Assembly: GCA_013239625.1 (NCBI GenBank)
Contig: MU054187.1
Coordinates: 3,421,757-3,485,756 of the forward strand
Length of the DNA: 64,000 bases
Origin: Lama guanicoe
Lineage: Eukaryota
Direction: 5' to 3'
The notes below the pieces were generated by a model. That model was not told the origin of the DNA and searched no databases. It saw only the letters and a list, made by a program, of their open reading frames with translations. Below are positions 1-13,400 of the stretch, piece after piece (positions within the stretch are counted from its first letter, which is position 1; the number at the start of each line of letters is the position of its first letter). Both the position numbers and the translations under genes were made by a program.

Positions 1-54
1 CGGAGGACGGCGTGGCTCGGGCTGCACCAGGCCCCCGTCAGGCAGAAGCTGAAG
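1..54 (+). CDS. TGS1: TGS1 coding exon, 3' part (probably exon 8 by human numbering); truncated by the window start
   Basis: The frame from nt 3 reads EDGVARAAPGPRQAEAE, similar to human ...EVPDSRQAETEA. It ends at GAAG|GTAGGA, a phase-1 donor that joins in frame to the exon at 1788. Confidence 0.8.
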
Positions 55-714
55 GTAGGAGCGCGGTGCTTCGCTCGCTAGCACTGGCGGGCTGAGATGC
101 GCTGTTTCCGACGTGCTTTTCCCGCGGGGTCACTTAAGAATCATCTCTCCCTAAGAACTCACGCGTATTTATTCTTGAGTTGAAAGAAGGCGTATTTAGC
201 GTAAATGTGCTAATGGCTGATTGGCACCCAGAACACACTGCACTCTTGGCTGAACGAGCACGATAAAATAAAACCGTAAAGCATGTGGGGAAACTGTCTG
301 AGCTCCTGTGTGTGCCGTTAGGACCGGCCTCTGCACCACACTCTGTTCCCTGGGCTCGGGGTGGCCGGTGCCTCGTGCTCCTGTTGAGATTTAGTATTGC
401 CTTGGCTTTCTTTTGGATAATCTTTTTTGTTCTTGTTGGTTTTTGTGGTGATTGTTGTTGGTAGCGATTTTTGCTTTTTGGACGGTACATTGATGTAAAA
501 AAGTATTTACAGTAGTTGGCTGTGAGAATGAGGAACAGCAGCATTTTCACTTTATGCCCTTTTGTAGTATTTGAATTTATTTTACAGCTAATGTTCTTTA
601 ATTTTTAAAATAATAATAGCAAATGTTCTTTTATAATTTTAAAAACAACTATTATTTTTATTTCATTTATATGTAATTCCAGTTATATATTTTTGGAATA
701 TTACGACTTTTATA

Positions 715-800
715 AGGTGGAAATTTTCCCAAGATTACACAGCCAGTAAGTGGCGTGGCGGGAACTCAGTATCAAGTTGTCTGATTCCTAAATCCCATCC
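715..800 (-). mobile_element. MIR fragment
   Basis: cccaagattacacagccagtaagtggc (MIR core, antisense). Confidence 0.5.
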
Positions 801-844
801 TCCCACCCGCCCCCACTTCCCTGATCACCACTTGTCAGGATGCT

Positions 845-1010
845 GGTGTTCTCAGCCGGGGTGATACCACCATCCCAGGAACTTGGAAGATGTTGGTTAG
901 AATGGCCTGGGGAATGCTGGCGTCTTGTGTAGTTACCAGCGTCCAGTCCCGTACAATAAGGAGTTGTGCACTTTACAGTGTTAGTGTCCCACCTCTTGAG
1001 AAACTCACTG
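845..1010. mobile_element. MER20-like hAT remnant
   Basis: gttctcagccggggtgat...acaataaggagtt...ttgagaaac. Confidence 0.4.
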
Positions 1011-1787
1011 CACTTTGCTACTGATGATGCCTTTGGCTGCTTGCAGTGGTCAGATGACCCTGTTAAGACACAGAGCAGTGTTTGAGGACCGTTTCAGTGT
1101 GGTAGAGCCACTTGTCGGTGCCAGTTCTTGTCCTCGTACTTGGGTATGACAGCACTCTTGTCTTTCTGAGTTGCTGTGTCTAATCCGCGCAGAACTGGAA
1201 CCAGGTAACTAAACTAATGAAAATCATTTGTCTAAGAAGTTAGTCTGAATGATTGAGAGCCTTTTCTGTTGAATGAAGCTAGTGACCCGTTTCAGTTTCC
1301 TAGAGGCCGTACGACTTCTGGGTCACGGCTGGGCTCCGAGCACTGGTGTAGCTGAGAGTTAGTTAGAGCTCAGTCAGTCCTTGGGAGCTTCTGTTCAAGA
1401 AGAGCAGGGGGGCGTCCGTAACTCACCCACTATAGCAGTGTCTTATCTAAGAGAAGTGACAACTTTCACACCATAATCGTACCTCTGCGTGTGTCCCGAG
1501 GGTCCTGTGAGGTGAGGAGGTGAAACACCACCCACTCACTCACTTCTTCAGGGGAATGAGAAATGGAGCTTAGGAGCCAAGGTCACTTTCCCAGGCTCAG
1601 GGCAGCTGGCAGGTAGCACGACGGAGGCTGTCGTCGGAGTCCGCGCTGGTCCCACACGCCTCGGCCCCGGGCCCGGCGCGGGCCCCAGGTGGGAATTACC
1701 TGATGTGCCTACACTTGCAGATAAAGTCACCTGTGAGTTCCTCCTCTTGTAGTGAGCATCTGTATTATTTCTGTTCTTCTATTGTAG

Positions 1788-1943
1788 CTGAAAATAAGAA
1801 GAAGAGGAAGAAGAAGAGAAGCAAGAACAGAAAGGCAGTTGGTCTGCCTCCCGACATCGCTGCTGTGCCTGAGCTGGCGAAGTACTGGGCCCAGAGATAC
1901 CGGCTCTTCTCCCGCTTCGACGACGGCGTCAAGTTAGACCGCG
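1788..1943 (+). CDS. TGS1: TGS1 coding exon (about exon 9): Lys-rich basic tract plus start of the methyltransferase domain
   Basis: Acceptor ttcttctattgtag|CT. Translates (A)ENKKKRKKKRSKNRKAVGLPPDIAAVPELAKYWAQRYRLFSRFDDGVKLDR, matching vertebrate TGS1. Donor CGCG|GTAGAG; 156 nt. Confidence 0.96.
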
Positions 1944-2579
1944 GTAGAGTGCACGTGTGGTTTCTAACTTCACCTTTAAATAACTCCAGACTTAGAGAAA
2001 AGTTGCAAGAATAGTGAGAAGTTTTCATACCCGCTTTGCTCAGATCCAGCTCCTTTCTGACACTTTGCCACACCTGCCCTGTCCTTCCGTGTGTGTGTGT
2101 TTTCTGATCCGAGTGCCCCTGCCCCTGACTACTTCAGTGTGTATTTTCTAAGAACAAGGATGTTTTTATGCAACAGTAATAAAATTGCAAATTGCACATT
2201 GTTATGACGTCACAACCTACAATTCAGTATTCCCATGGGGAACCTCCGTGAAGCTGGGGGAGTGGTCAGTCAGGAGAGCTGACTTTCCATTTTCCATAAT
2301 AGGTCGTCGGAAGTCAGTGCTTCAAACGAAAAAGCTGGAATCGCATTCCGTTGTGAGAGGTGTACTGGGAAAGAGTCAGGGACGGGGCGAGGCAGTTGCT
2401 TCTGCGGAAACTGGGAGTGGAAATGATGCCACTCCTTCTTATAACGGGATCTGTAGACCTTTTCTTTCAAACTAGATGGCTTATGAGTTTTTGAAAAGAG
2501 AAACTACGTTTTTTTTTAAGTATATAACATATAGTTAACACGTGTGTTTGGCTTGGCTTCCTGACACTGAGCGTCATAA

Positions 2580-2753
<174 letters not shown>

Positions 2754-4502
2754 TGATCGCCAATGGAAGAAAAGTACTTTATTCTCAGTTTATTCAGTCA
2801 GTGCTTCATTTTGCTTCAGCCTGTCTCTGCTGAGATTTAATAATTAATCATTTAATCCCAAATATATAATAATAATAGCTAGCATATATTTAGCATACAC
2901 TTTGTATACTGGTGTAAGTGCCTCTGTGTTCATGTGTTTAGTCTCCAGTCTTGTGATGAGTATCTATTACTGTCTGTTTCACAAATAAATCAAGAAATAA
3001 AAAATGAAGTAACTTGCCTGAGATCACAGACACAACTCGTGGAGCCAAGATTATAACATTATGTAAAACTAAAAATATTAAATGGGAGACTGTTCTTTAG
3101 AAGGAAAGACGAGTGGACAGGGGTTCCCAGCTTTGCCACTCTCCACCTGTATGACTGGGGGCAGCCTTCAAGCTTAATTGAAAGGAGACGTTGAATTGAG
3201 AGACCCTCTGTGACACCCTTCAGGGGTAACATTCTGAGACACTGAGACTCGGAAATACTGGGTTGTCCCCTTGGTTGTGTGACTTGGGAATCAAAGGAAA
3301 GAAAGCCTCTGTTACTGTGCGTCCGCTGGGGCCTGTGTCCAGTAGGCAGGATGTGTGCTGTTTCCCGGGGGAGAGAAGGCTTCACAACATCGGACAGTCT
3401 GCCCCGATTGACACAGCAAGTCATGAAGCCAGGGCTTACTTTTTCTGAATCTAATATTGCTCCTCTTTCTAAATTCTTTTTAAATTGAAGTTTAATGTGA
3501 TATTTTAGAGACATCAACTGTTAAGAAGTCATATTCTGAAGCAGCTCTTTTGTCCCACCAGTATATGTATGGCTTCCATTTCAGTAAATTTCAGTTGAGT
3601 CTCATTAATTTATATGAAGTTCCTAATGTTAACTAGGAAAGCATATGATTCTGGAAAGCATGATGCAGGGGCTAGAACGTGATGAAGAGCAACTGAACAT
3701 CGACCTTGAGACCAGCGCTGCTGACCCACGGCCCATATCTGATCACGCCTGTACCCCGGAGCGTGACACCTGCTAACTGTACGGCCTCCTAACAGCCTGG
3801 ATGAAAGCCACTTCCGTATTTACTAGAATAGGAATTATTCTCTTCTCTTCCCTGAATTCACTACTTACTCTTAAAGCTCTTCTGTGTCTTTGCCAGATAA
3901 GCCACTCCTTGTGAGCTCAAATCCATGTTTATTGCATGAAAATGATTTTTCCTCACCATTTGGAAAATTTGTCTTCAGTCAGCGTTGTATTATATAATGA
4001 ACATTAATACATCTGCCCTCTGATAAACTAGCAAATAGATCTGGAAATTTTTCAAAACATTACAGAAACTGTCCATATTGTAGATTTGTATTTCTCTGAG
4101 CATAGGTCTGTTGCCACAGCCCTCCGTAGCTTAGTACATATTTGGTAAAGGAAAATGTCTAACGTGGGTCTCAAGCTAAAGGAGACTGCGTCTGCCCTGT
4201 CCTCACAGCCCGTCTCTCACACTCAGAGATCGCCAGCCTCCGTCCGGGAAGAAAAGGAGGCACACTCTGGCTTCTGTCCTTGCAGCCTGTGAACTGGGGC
4301 TCAGGTCCTCGAGTGTGTTCATGCAGTCGTGTCCCATGACCTTCTCCCCACACCCGCAGTAGTGACTCACAGGTGCTCTCGTGGTGGTGGTATGTGTCGC
4401 CCCTAGTGTGGGCGAGCTGCCGGCATTATGGTAGGGAGTTCAAAACAAAGTGTCATTGTGTGTTTGTGTTTATACACACACATGGGCACTTAGTCACTCT
4501 TT

Positions 4503-4693
4503 AACTGTATATGTACGTCTGTATAACTGTATGTGTGTGTGTATGTATGTATGTCTATATAACTGTATGTATGTGTGTATATGTATGTCTGTATAACTGT
4601 GTGTATTATGTATAACTATGTGTGTGTGTGTGTATAACTGTGTATGTGTTGTATATGTATGTATAACTGTGTGTGTGTGTGTGTGTGTGTGTG
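4503..4693. repeat. Compound (TG)n/(TATG)n minisatellite punctuated by TATAACTG
   Basis: Repeated tataactgtatgtgtgtg units ending in pure (TG)n. Confidence 0.9.
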
Positions 4694-4724
4694 GTGATAG
4701 ACATGCTCCGTGTCTGTGCCGTCC

Positions 4725-4873
4725 CGTGTGGCAGCCACTGGCCACCTGTGACTATCGAGCATTTCAAATAAGACCGTGTGACTGAGAATCTAAATTCTTA
4801 GTATTATTTCATTTTAATCAGTTTAAAGGTAATAGCCCCGTGTGGCTAGTGGCTACCATTATGGGACAGTGCA
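4725..4873. mobile_element. hAT-Charlie MITE (MER3-like)
   Basis: gcagccactggccacctgtgactatcgagcattt...gtggctagtggctaccatt...gacagtgcag. Confidence 0.7.
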
Positions 4874-6041
4874 GTCCAATATATGGTCTCCTCCAACATT
4901 TGTCAGGATTTCATTTATGTGGTAGGTCTGCGTTGCTTGTGTTCTGTTAGGCCTGAAAACAGACGGCCTCCCAGGGAAGTACAGGTGAAAGCATGAGGGT
5001 TCACTGAATTTACTTCATGTTGAAAGTCATCTTTTTCCATCGAATTTTTGCTGTTGTCAGTATATCTTTGCATCCGTCTCTGTACAATAACTGTTGCAGA
5101 TTAAGCAGCTAAAAAGGACGTTTCTCTCTTTTCTCGTAAGTATGAATGTTACTTTATTTAGAACAGAAAAATAGCATTGCAAATGCATGATTTTGCAACA
5201 TAATAATTGGTGCGTGTATTCATTGCTCAAGTGATTTATTTAGTACATTATTTCTCAAAAGTGTTAACAAATTCTGAAACCCACATTTTCTGGAAAACGG
5301 CTGTCTCCTTGACAACCATGGTGTATGTATCAGGATGCCACTTAGCCCTTCCAGATATAAAATACCATGAGTAATATACTGATGCCCATACAGGTGCATT
5401 TGAGTCATTTACCGCAAGACGTGAGTGAGCCAAAATTCACTTATGTTTGCGTTGCTGATTATGAAATTGCAGTAAATTAAATGAAAGCCCGTGCAGTGGG
5501 AACAGAACGCCTGCTCTTCCACCTAAAGTGTCTCCTTAAACAGCCCCAGCACATGTCTTCACGTCTCTTCATAAGTCGGCAACATAGGTTCATCAAACGT
5601 GTTTTATTATTTTGTCTTTCTTTAGAAGTTGTCAGATTTGTCTTCCTTTGAAAGTTGCCTTGTTTTGAGGAAATGGGTCTTATCTGAAACCTGAGCATCT
5701 GTAGGCTTCTCGTGCAGCCATCACCTTCCCAAGTGTGCAGAGCCCAGCTGTGCACCTTGCAGAGCCTGGCCTGAGCCCATATGGGGTGCTCAGCAGACGC
5801 CGGGAGGCCCCCACCACTGCTCGCCCTGAGCAGAGTGAGGCAGCTCTGAAAGCCAGGCTCTTCAGTCCCACTCTCCTGGTACAACACAAGGGACTCTCCT
5901 AATTTAGATGAACATTTTTGTTAAATTCTCTTTCTCTTGTATCTGTGGCCAAATCTCCCTTGAAAAAGTCTTTTTTAAAAGGGGATCTTGTACAGAAAAT
6001 ACAGACTGCTCATGAGATGAGCTATTCTGTATAACAAATGA

Positions 6042-7244
<1,203 letters not shown>

Positions 7245-8419
7245 TGAAGACATGGTGTGAGCCCCGGCATAACTGTTGCAAAGAATGGGTAGAAAAGACA
7301 CAGGGTGCTTCTCTAGCTGAGAACGTGTTGATGAGCAGCCCCTGGCTTCTTCTCTCTTCCTGGAAAGCTCGCAGCGCTTGGCAGTTAAGTCCATGCCTGG
7401 GTCGGCCTCCTCATCTCCCTGGCTCCTGGCACACACAGACCTGGACAAACACTCCGGGCTTCTCACTGCGTGTCCCGAAAGGATGAGGTGTTGTGTGTCA
7501 GGGGTACGTGCCCAGCCTGGCCAAGTCCTGTCTCTACTGAAGTCTCCCTTGGGAGGAGGGGTCTTGGGTATCCCTGGAAATGACCACTGAAGTAGAAGTA
7601 CACAGACCGGTGAAACCTGAGCTTGGCCGGGAACACTTCTAACTGCAGCCTTGGGGTCAGGGCACTCGGCTAACATTAGGACGTCCTTGTCCTGTTCTTA
7701 CCATAAACATTGATTTTAAGCATGTTTTTCCCCCCAAGTTGGATCAGGTGTGATGAGTGCCTCCCAGAGACCTGCTGATGTTTTCTACCAGTACATATTA
7801 CACACCAGCCTCGTGCTAAGTGTCCTGTTGAAAATCCGTAGTCTCTCGGGTCTAAACGTTGCTCCAGCGTTGCTGGGTTCGGGTCTCCTGTCTCTCCTGT
7901 TTGAGAGCTGGCCCTGTTGTTGGACTTTTTGACTGTATTTTATCCTGAAGAAATTATCTCCATTATTTGTTCAACTGTGTTCCCCTCAGCACCGTTTCCC
8001 TCTTTCGGGACGTCGATCGTGCGGCTGTCAGGCTCCCGCGGCTGCGCCTTCTGGGGCTGGGCCCCCTTTTCCTCCTGGGAGATCACTGCTATCCGGCGTT
8101 CGCTCCTCCCGTGTTACAGTCTGTCTGCCCCGTCTTTTGTGTTTTTTCAGTTCAACTACTACATTCTTTATGCTTCATATTCTTGGATTTTTCTGTTTTC
8201 TTCTTGCACTAGAACATTTTTATTATGATGTGAACTTTAAACCCTTAATCTGTTTTATCCTTTTTGCATTTGATATAATTTATAATCCGTTTGTTTTTCT
8301 TGCATGAAGTACTTGTGGTCTTCCGATGTCGTGTGTCACTGGGTATGGGCTGCTTATTCCCAAGTGATGCAGGAGGAGAAAGGACAGGCCACAATCCAGT
8401 GAGTGTCAGCCTTGGCTGC

Positions 8420-8560
8420 CCTCTTTAGGGTCACTGGGACACTTGTGAAAATTGACTATCCAAGCCCCACCCCAGCTCCACCCCAGAAATTGATGGAACC
8501 CATTTTTGTCTAAGTTCCCTGGGTCATTCTCGTGTGTGGCCCGGGTTGAGAGCCACTGTT
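8420..8560. mobile_element. MER5-like hAT remnant
   Basis: gccccaccccag...ccctgggtcattct...gttgagagccactg end. Confidence 0.5.
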
Positions 8561-8736
8561 AAAGCCTGTGTTGGCCCCAGTGATGACCTGCAGGGGTGGC
8601 AGTGGGTAAGCCCTGGGGTTGTTAACACAAGCACTGCAAGACATGAAACACTGGCTCAAGACATAGTGCCCTCTTTGGGGAGGGACTGAGCAGAGGCAGC
8701 ATTTTTGTTTGTTTGCTTGCTTGCTTTTTGTTTTGC

Positions 8737-8848
8737 GGGGGTAATTAGGTTTATTTATTTATTTTTCAATGGAAGAACTGGGGATTGAACCCAGGACCTC
8801 GTGCGTGATAGGCAAGCACTGTCCCACTGAGCTCTACACCACAGCCCT
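8737..8848 (-). mobile_element. tRNA-derived SINE, camelid Vic-1-like
   Basis: Reverse complement shows AGCTCAGTGG...GAGGTCCTGGGTTCAATCCCCAG, then (TAAA)n and CCTAATTACCCCC. Confidence 0.85.
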
Positions 8849-9887
8849 CAAAGTGGCCTTTAAAGGCTGTGCTCCTGAACCGCAGAGCGTGAGGCACCTG
8901 CCAGGGGCTTGGTGAGCAGGGCTGAGAAGGCAGCGGCAGGGCCTGGTCCACGCCTGCTTCCCTCAGTCTCTCACGTCTGGCCCTCACCCCTCCTGCACGT
9001 GCGGCGGGGGCGCCCTTGATCCAGGGCGAGGGCGGTGGGGACGGGCGGACTGGAGCGGAGCTGCAGGCTTTTTGTTTCCTTCCTCCTGGTTTGTCGTCTC
9101 ACAGGCACCTGCCTCCTGCCCCTGGCCAGAGGCACTGTCCTCCACCCCTCACCTGCACACGCACGCACACTGAAACCACCCAGGTCTCCCTGCCCGCGTC
9201 TCTGGTCAGTGCTCCCTCTGTTGCGTCTGCAGGGCCATCTCACAGGAGTCAGCGGTCACGCCTGGTCAGTGGTGACAACACTGCAGGCTTCCCCGGAGGA
9301 GGGCGGAGATGACGTGCCCAGCAGGGGCCCTGGCGGTACAGCTAAGCAGAGTTGATGGTAGGAGTTAAGGAGAAGGTGGCCAGAACATCGATGTTCAGGG
9401 AATGGGCTAAAAAAAAAGATACAAAGAGTCAGACAGCCCTGAGTTTAGTCTCAGCCCTGCCACTTACTAGTGGTGGTTTTGAAGAATGAATGTAGTGAAG
9501 TAAGTGGGTAAAGCATTTATCACAGTACCTCCAGCCCATAAACCCTCAATAAAGTCTCGTGTCTGTTACTTAGAAGATCTGAGTTACTGTGGAAAGAATA
9601 TAAACGTTACTAAGATTTTGAAGAGGACCAGTATGTAAAGATGGCATGTTTTCTCAAGAGGAGAGAGTAGACAGCTTTGATATTTGTAAAATGACAGAGT
9701 TTAATTTATAAACACATATCCCAGATTATAGATTTTTCTCTTTCTCCTCAAAAACCAGATATGCTCACTTGTACTGGACATATTCTTACGTTAATTTGTT
9801 ACACTTTTCCATCTTTGGTTCATCTGTTTGGTCTTTGGAACGCTGGGTCCCAGATCTGGCTGCAGATTAAATCACCTGAGTGGATTC

Positions 9888-10460
9888 TTATAATTGTGGT
9901 AAAATACGCATGATAAAATTTACCATAAGTCATTTTCAGGCATACAGCCCAGGGGTAGGCACCACAGTCACGGTGTTGTGCAGCCACCAGCACCGTCCAG
10001 CTCAGAGCTCTTTTATCTTCTGAGCCTGAAACGTTGTACCTGTTGCACACTAACTGCCCGGGTGCTTGTCTGAATTCACCACGTTCTGTTCCTCCGTTCC
10101 TCCGTGCACGGGCGTTTCGGGCAGTGCCCACCTTCTGGCTGCTGGGGACACGGGAACACATGGACCCAGTCAGGCCCTGCTTTCACTTCACTCTGTTACG
10201 CTTTCAGAAGTGGAATGGCTGTCGTGTGCTAATTCTGTTTTCAGCTTTTTGAGGAATCAGCATGCTTTTCTCCACAGCAGCTGACTCATTTTACATCTGC
10301 ACCCTCAGTGCACAAGGGTTCTGATTTCTCCACATTCTCACTAACGTGTGGTTTTGTTTGCTGTTTGGAATAGCCACCCTAGTGGGTCTGAAATGGTGTC
10401 TCACCGCGGTTTTGACTTGCGTTTCCGTAGTAACGAGTGATGGTGCCCGTCTTTGCACGT
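9888..10460 (-). mobile_element. L1MB-like 3' end fragment
   Basis: ttataattgtggtaaaatac...aaaatttacc; ttttgaggaa...acaagggttctgatttctccacattc...aaatggtgtctcacc. Confidence 0.75.
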
Positions 10461-13400
10461 GGTGACTTGCCCAAGGAGAAAGTTAACTTTTTCTCTTGTG
10501 TGTTTTGGTTTGCTTCAAACCCCTGCCACAGTTACAGTTCGTGGTTCAGTCACACCTCCCGCCTCTAGAGGGAGTAAGGACACTAGAGAACATTAAAAGT
10601 CCGAAAGGGGACTTGAGGTTTCAGGCATGTTATATTGGTACTGAATTTGGATCGAATTATAGTGGGAAATCAACTTTTCTTTCTAAAATAAAGAAAATCT
10701 ATCCATATGTAGGATTTTCTGAGTGAGAGAAGAGACAGTACTACAAAATTGAGAAAGGGCAGAGTTACAGAGAAGTCAACGTTTTTACTAAGGAACATTT
10801 AGAAGGTCACAGCAACCTGAACTCAGTGGGTTTGGGGCCGAGGGTTTATGAGTCTGCTGTTTAAAACTCGGCCTGCATTTTCTCATGGAAATGCCTGTAG
10901 AGAGCAGTTAATTTCCCATCCAGGGAGATCTGTGCTCTGGATGACATTTATATTTAGAGCGGTTAAACTGACTGTGGACTCAAAACAAACACAAGTTGTC
11001 TCATAATCTTTCCATATGGGAAATGAGTCTAATTGTTTTCTGTATCCAGTAAAATAGTTTCCCAGGTCCCCTGTTTCCTCAATCCCTTATTTCCTTTTTC
11101 TCTTTGGGGTTTCTTCCAAGACATGTGTCCATTGTTGTCCAAACTCAAGAACTGAATAACGTAGAAGCTGTTTTGTGATGGGCTCTTTGGAGGGAAGGTG
11201 TATCTCGCCCACTGAAATCACTGTGGATTCAGTTCAGGGAGCCCGGGCTAATTGCATGGTATCTGCTCGCCGCCTGCATCTTGCTGTGCTCCCCTTCTTT
11301 TCTTTCCTTTGACAGCCAGAGATCTGCAGCCAGTTCTAGCCGTGGGTCTTCCATGCTTCCCATACATGAGAAACTGCTCTTTTAAGTAGGAAATGTGTGC
11401 AAAGTGGGTTGAGGTCTGTGAGCAGAGTGGAATGGTCGGTCTCCCCAAGAACCTCCACACAGCGGCGCTCGCCTGACACCGCCTTGGTGTGAGGCCCGTG
11501 CCGCGGGATGCCTCACAGGGTCCCTGTCTCCGAGGTAGACCCGGGAGCGAGGAGACGGGGCCTCCGTATCCTTGCTTGATGTCCTAACTGTTAAAGCGTA
11601 AGAACTCAGAAAACCGGGAGCCTTCGTACTTTTCAAGTCAAGTTAATTTAAATTACCTTTCCTTATAACTTGCTCGTCCCCGCACGGAGACAGGGCACAC
11701 TGGGCGTCACCCCTAGAGCCGTGATGCAGGGGCTTGGCAGGAGGCCAGGCGTCGTGGGCTTCCTGGTGCTTGTCCGGCAGGCCTGCCCCACCCTCCACGC
11801 CTCCCGGCGGCCTTCGTGGCAGCAGGCCAGACCCCCCTGTTCTGCTTCCTGACGAAGCGGGAGAAAACTTACAGAGTAACCCAGTACCTCTCAGCGTGGA
11901 CAGCCATGTGAGATTTGACCTTAGATTTGATTGAGGTCTCGCTGGTCGACGGAGTTCCTGAGGCCCCGTTCGGGGGTCCAGGAAAGGGGAGGCCCTGAGT
12001 GCAGCGGGCGTCACTCTCCCAGCAGCTTATCTCCTGAGGGAGGGAGGGCGGATTCTTTGTAAGTAGCATTTCTGAAACTCACCGCATAAAAGAAAGCATG
12101 CGTTTGACTGCTTGAAACTACAAATGTGGAAACTACTAGGTAGTATTGTTATTTGGAAAAACATTTTAAATAGAATGAAATTTGGTTCACGAGCATTTTT
12201 AGTGTTTGGTTTGGGCTGAATACAGTGAAAATTCACCGCTAATTTCTCTGCAGATGCTAGCTCTCAGCTTCTGTAGTAGTCTGCTTCTTCGCTGAAAAGG
12301 CAAATCGGGGACTCACCGGCTTCTAAATATTAGGCTTGAAAAGTTGTGTCCGGCTGTTCTGAGTGGAATTTCCCGTGGTAGGAATCCGGTCTGCCGGCAG
12401 CACTCTCACGTGGCGAGAGCCTTCTCCCCGTGGTGCGTGTGGCAAGGCCTCCCAGCAGGTGCAGGACCCTCAGAGCCAGGCGCGGGCACCGGGAGCAGGA
12501 CGGAGCAGGAGGAGGGCTGCGGACGGGCCGCCGCCGGTCCACGTGGGAGCGGACACTCTGAGCCTGAGAACGCCCGGGCTGGCAGGACGCTCGGGCACTC
12601 AGGACATTCGTCCTGAAAGCGCAGGTGCCCGGCATTTACAGGCAGCGCAGGCGCTGCTTTCTTGTCGTGATGCACACAGAGTCTGCAGCGTGTTTCACTG
12701 GGCCACCAGCCACTCTGGAGCGAGCCCTTCAGGTCACGGCCAGCTTGTTGGTGAGCGAACCAGGGAAGCTGAGTGGTGCTCCCGCCATTCGGCCTCACGT
12801 GGCTCAGTCACCCCGACAAGGCGATCACTGCCCAAAAGGACAGAGTCACCTCTGGCCAGTGTTCTGATTTTTCTGCGTCTCTCTTATAATAAAGTATGTA
12901 TGATACATTTTCCCATGAGGGACCCAGTTTAGAGGTTATTTTCTCTCATTCACTCGGTTACCATGTATTTTCACTTTCAATCAGCTTGCTTTTTGAAAAA
13001 AATGCAATGTTGAATATTTCACTCCCGAATCTTCTACGTCTCCCCTTTTATGTCACTCAAGTTATCGCCTGCATTGTGATCTTTACCCGTTTCTCTTTTC
13101 CTCGTCCCCAAGGAACAGTCTTACTGCCTGCTGTGAAATCTGGTTAATGGAAGGTCAGTCCTTAGTTCCAGTGCCACTCCAAACAAATTGGGGTTTCTCT
13201 TGCTAGATCTGGTATATTTAGGCACCACGCCAAAAACTGGAGCCTGTAGCCCAGGACTGCTGGTCTGTGTCTGCTTCCGTCCTCCGCCTCCTCCTCATCT
13301 CCCTCCCCTTTCCTCCCTCTCTCTCAGTGTACTAAAGGGACCAGACAACATTTGGTCAATTAAACCTGCTAGTGAAACATAAAGACAGCTGGAAATTGAT

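Noticed and set aside
3679..3742. GTGATGA...CTGA, a possible intronic C/D-box snoRNA
   Set aside because: No terminal stem flanks the boxes, I recognise no rRNA or snRNA guide, and it is far from the 3' splice site. These short words occur by chance.
4503..4693. Regularly spaced TATAACTG repeats resembling a CRISPR-like array
   Set aside because: The spacers are (TG)n/(TATG)n simple sequence. This is a eukaryotic minisatellite with no cas genes.
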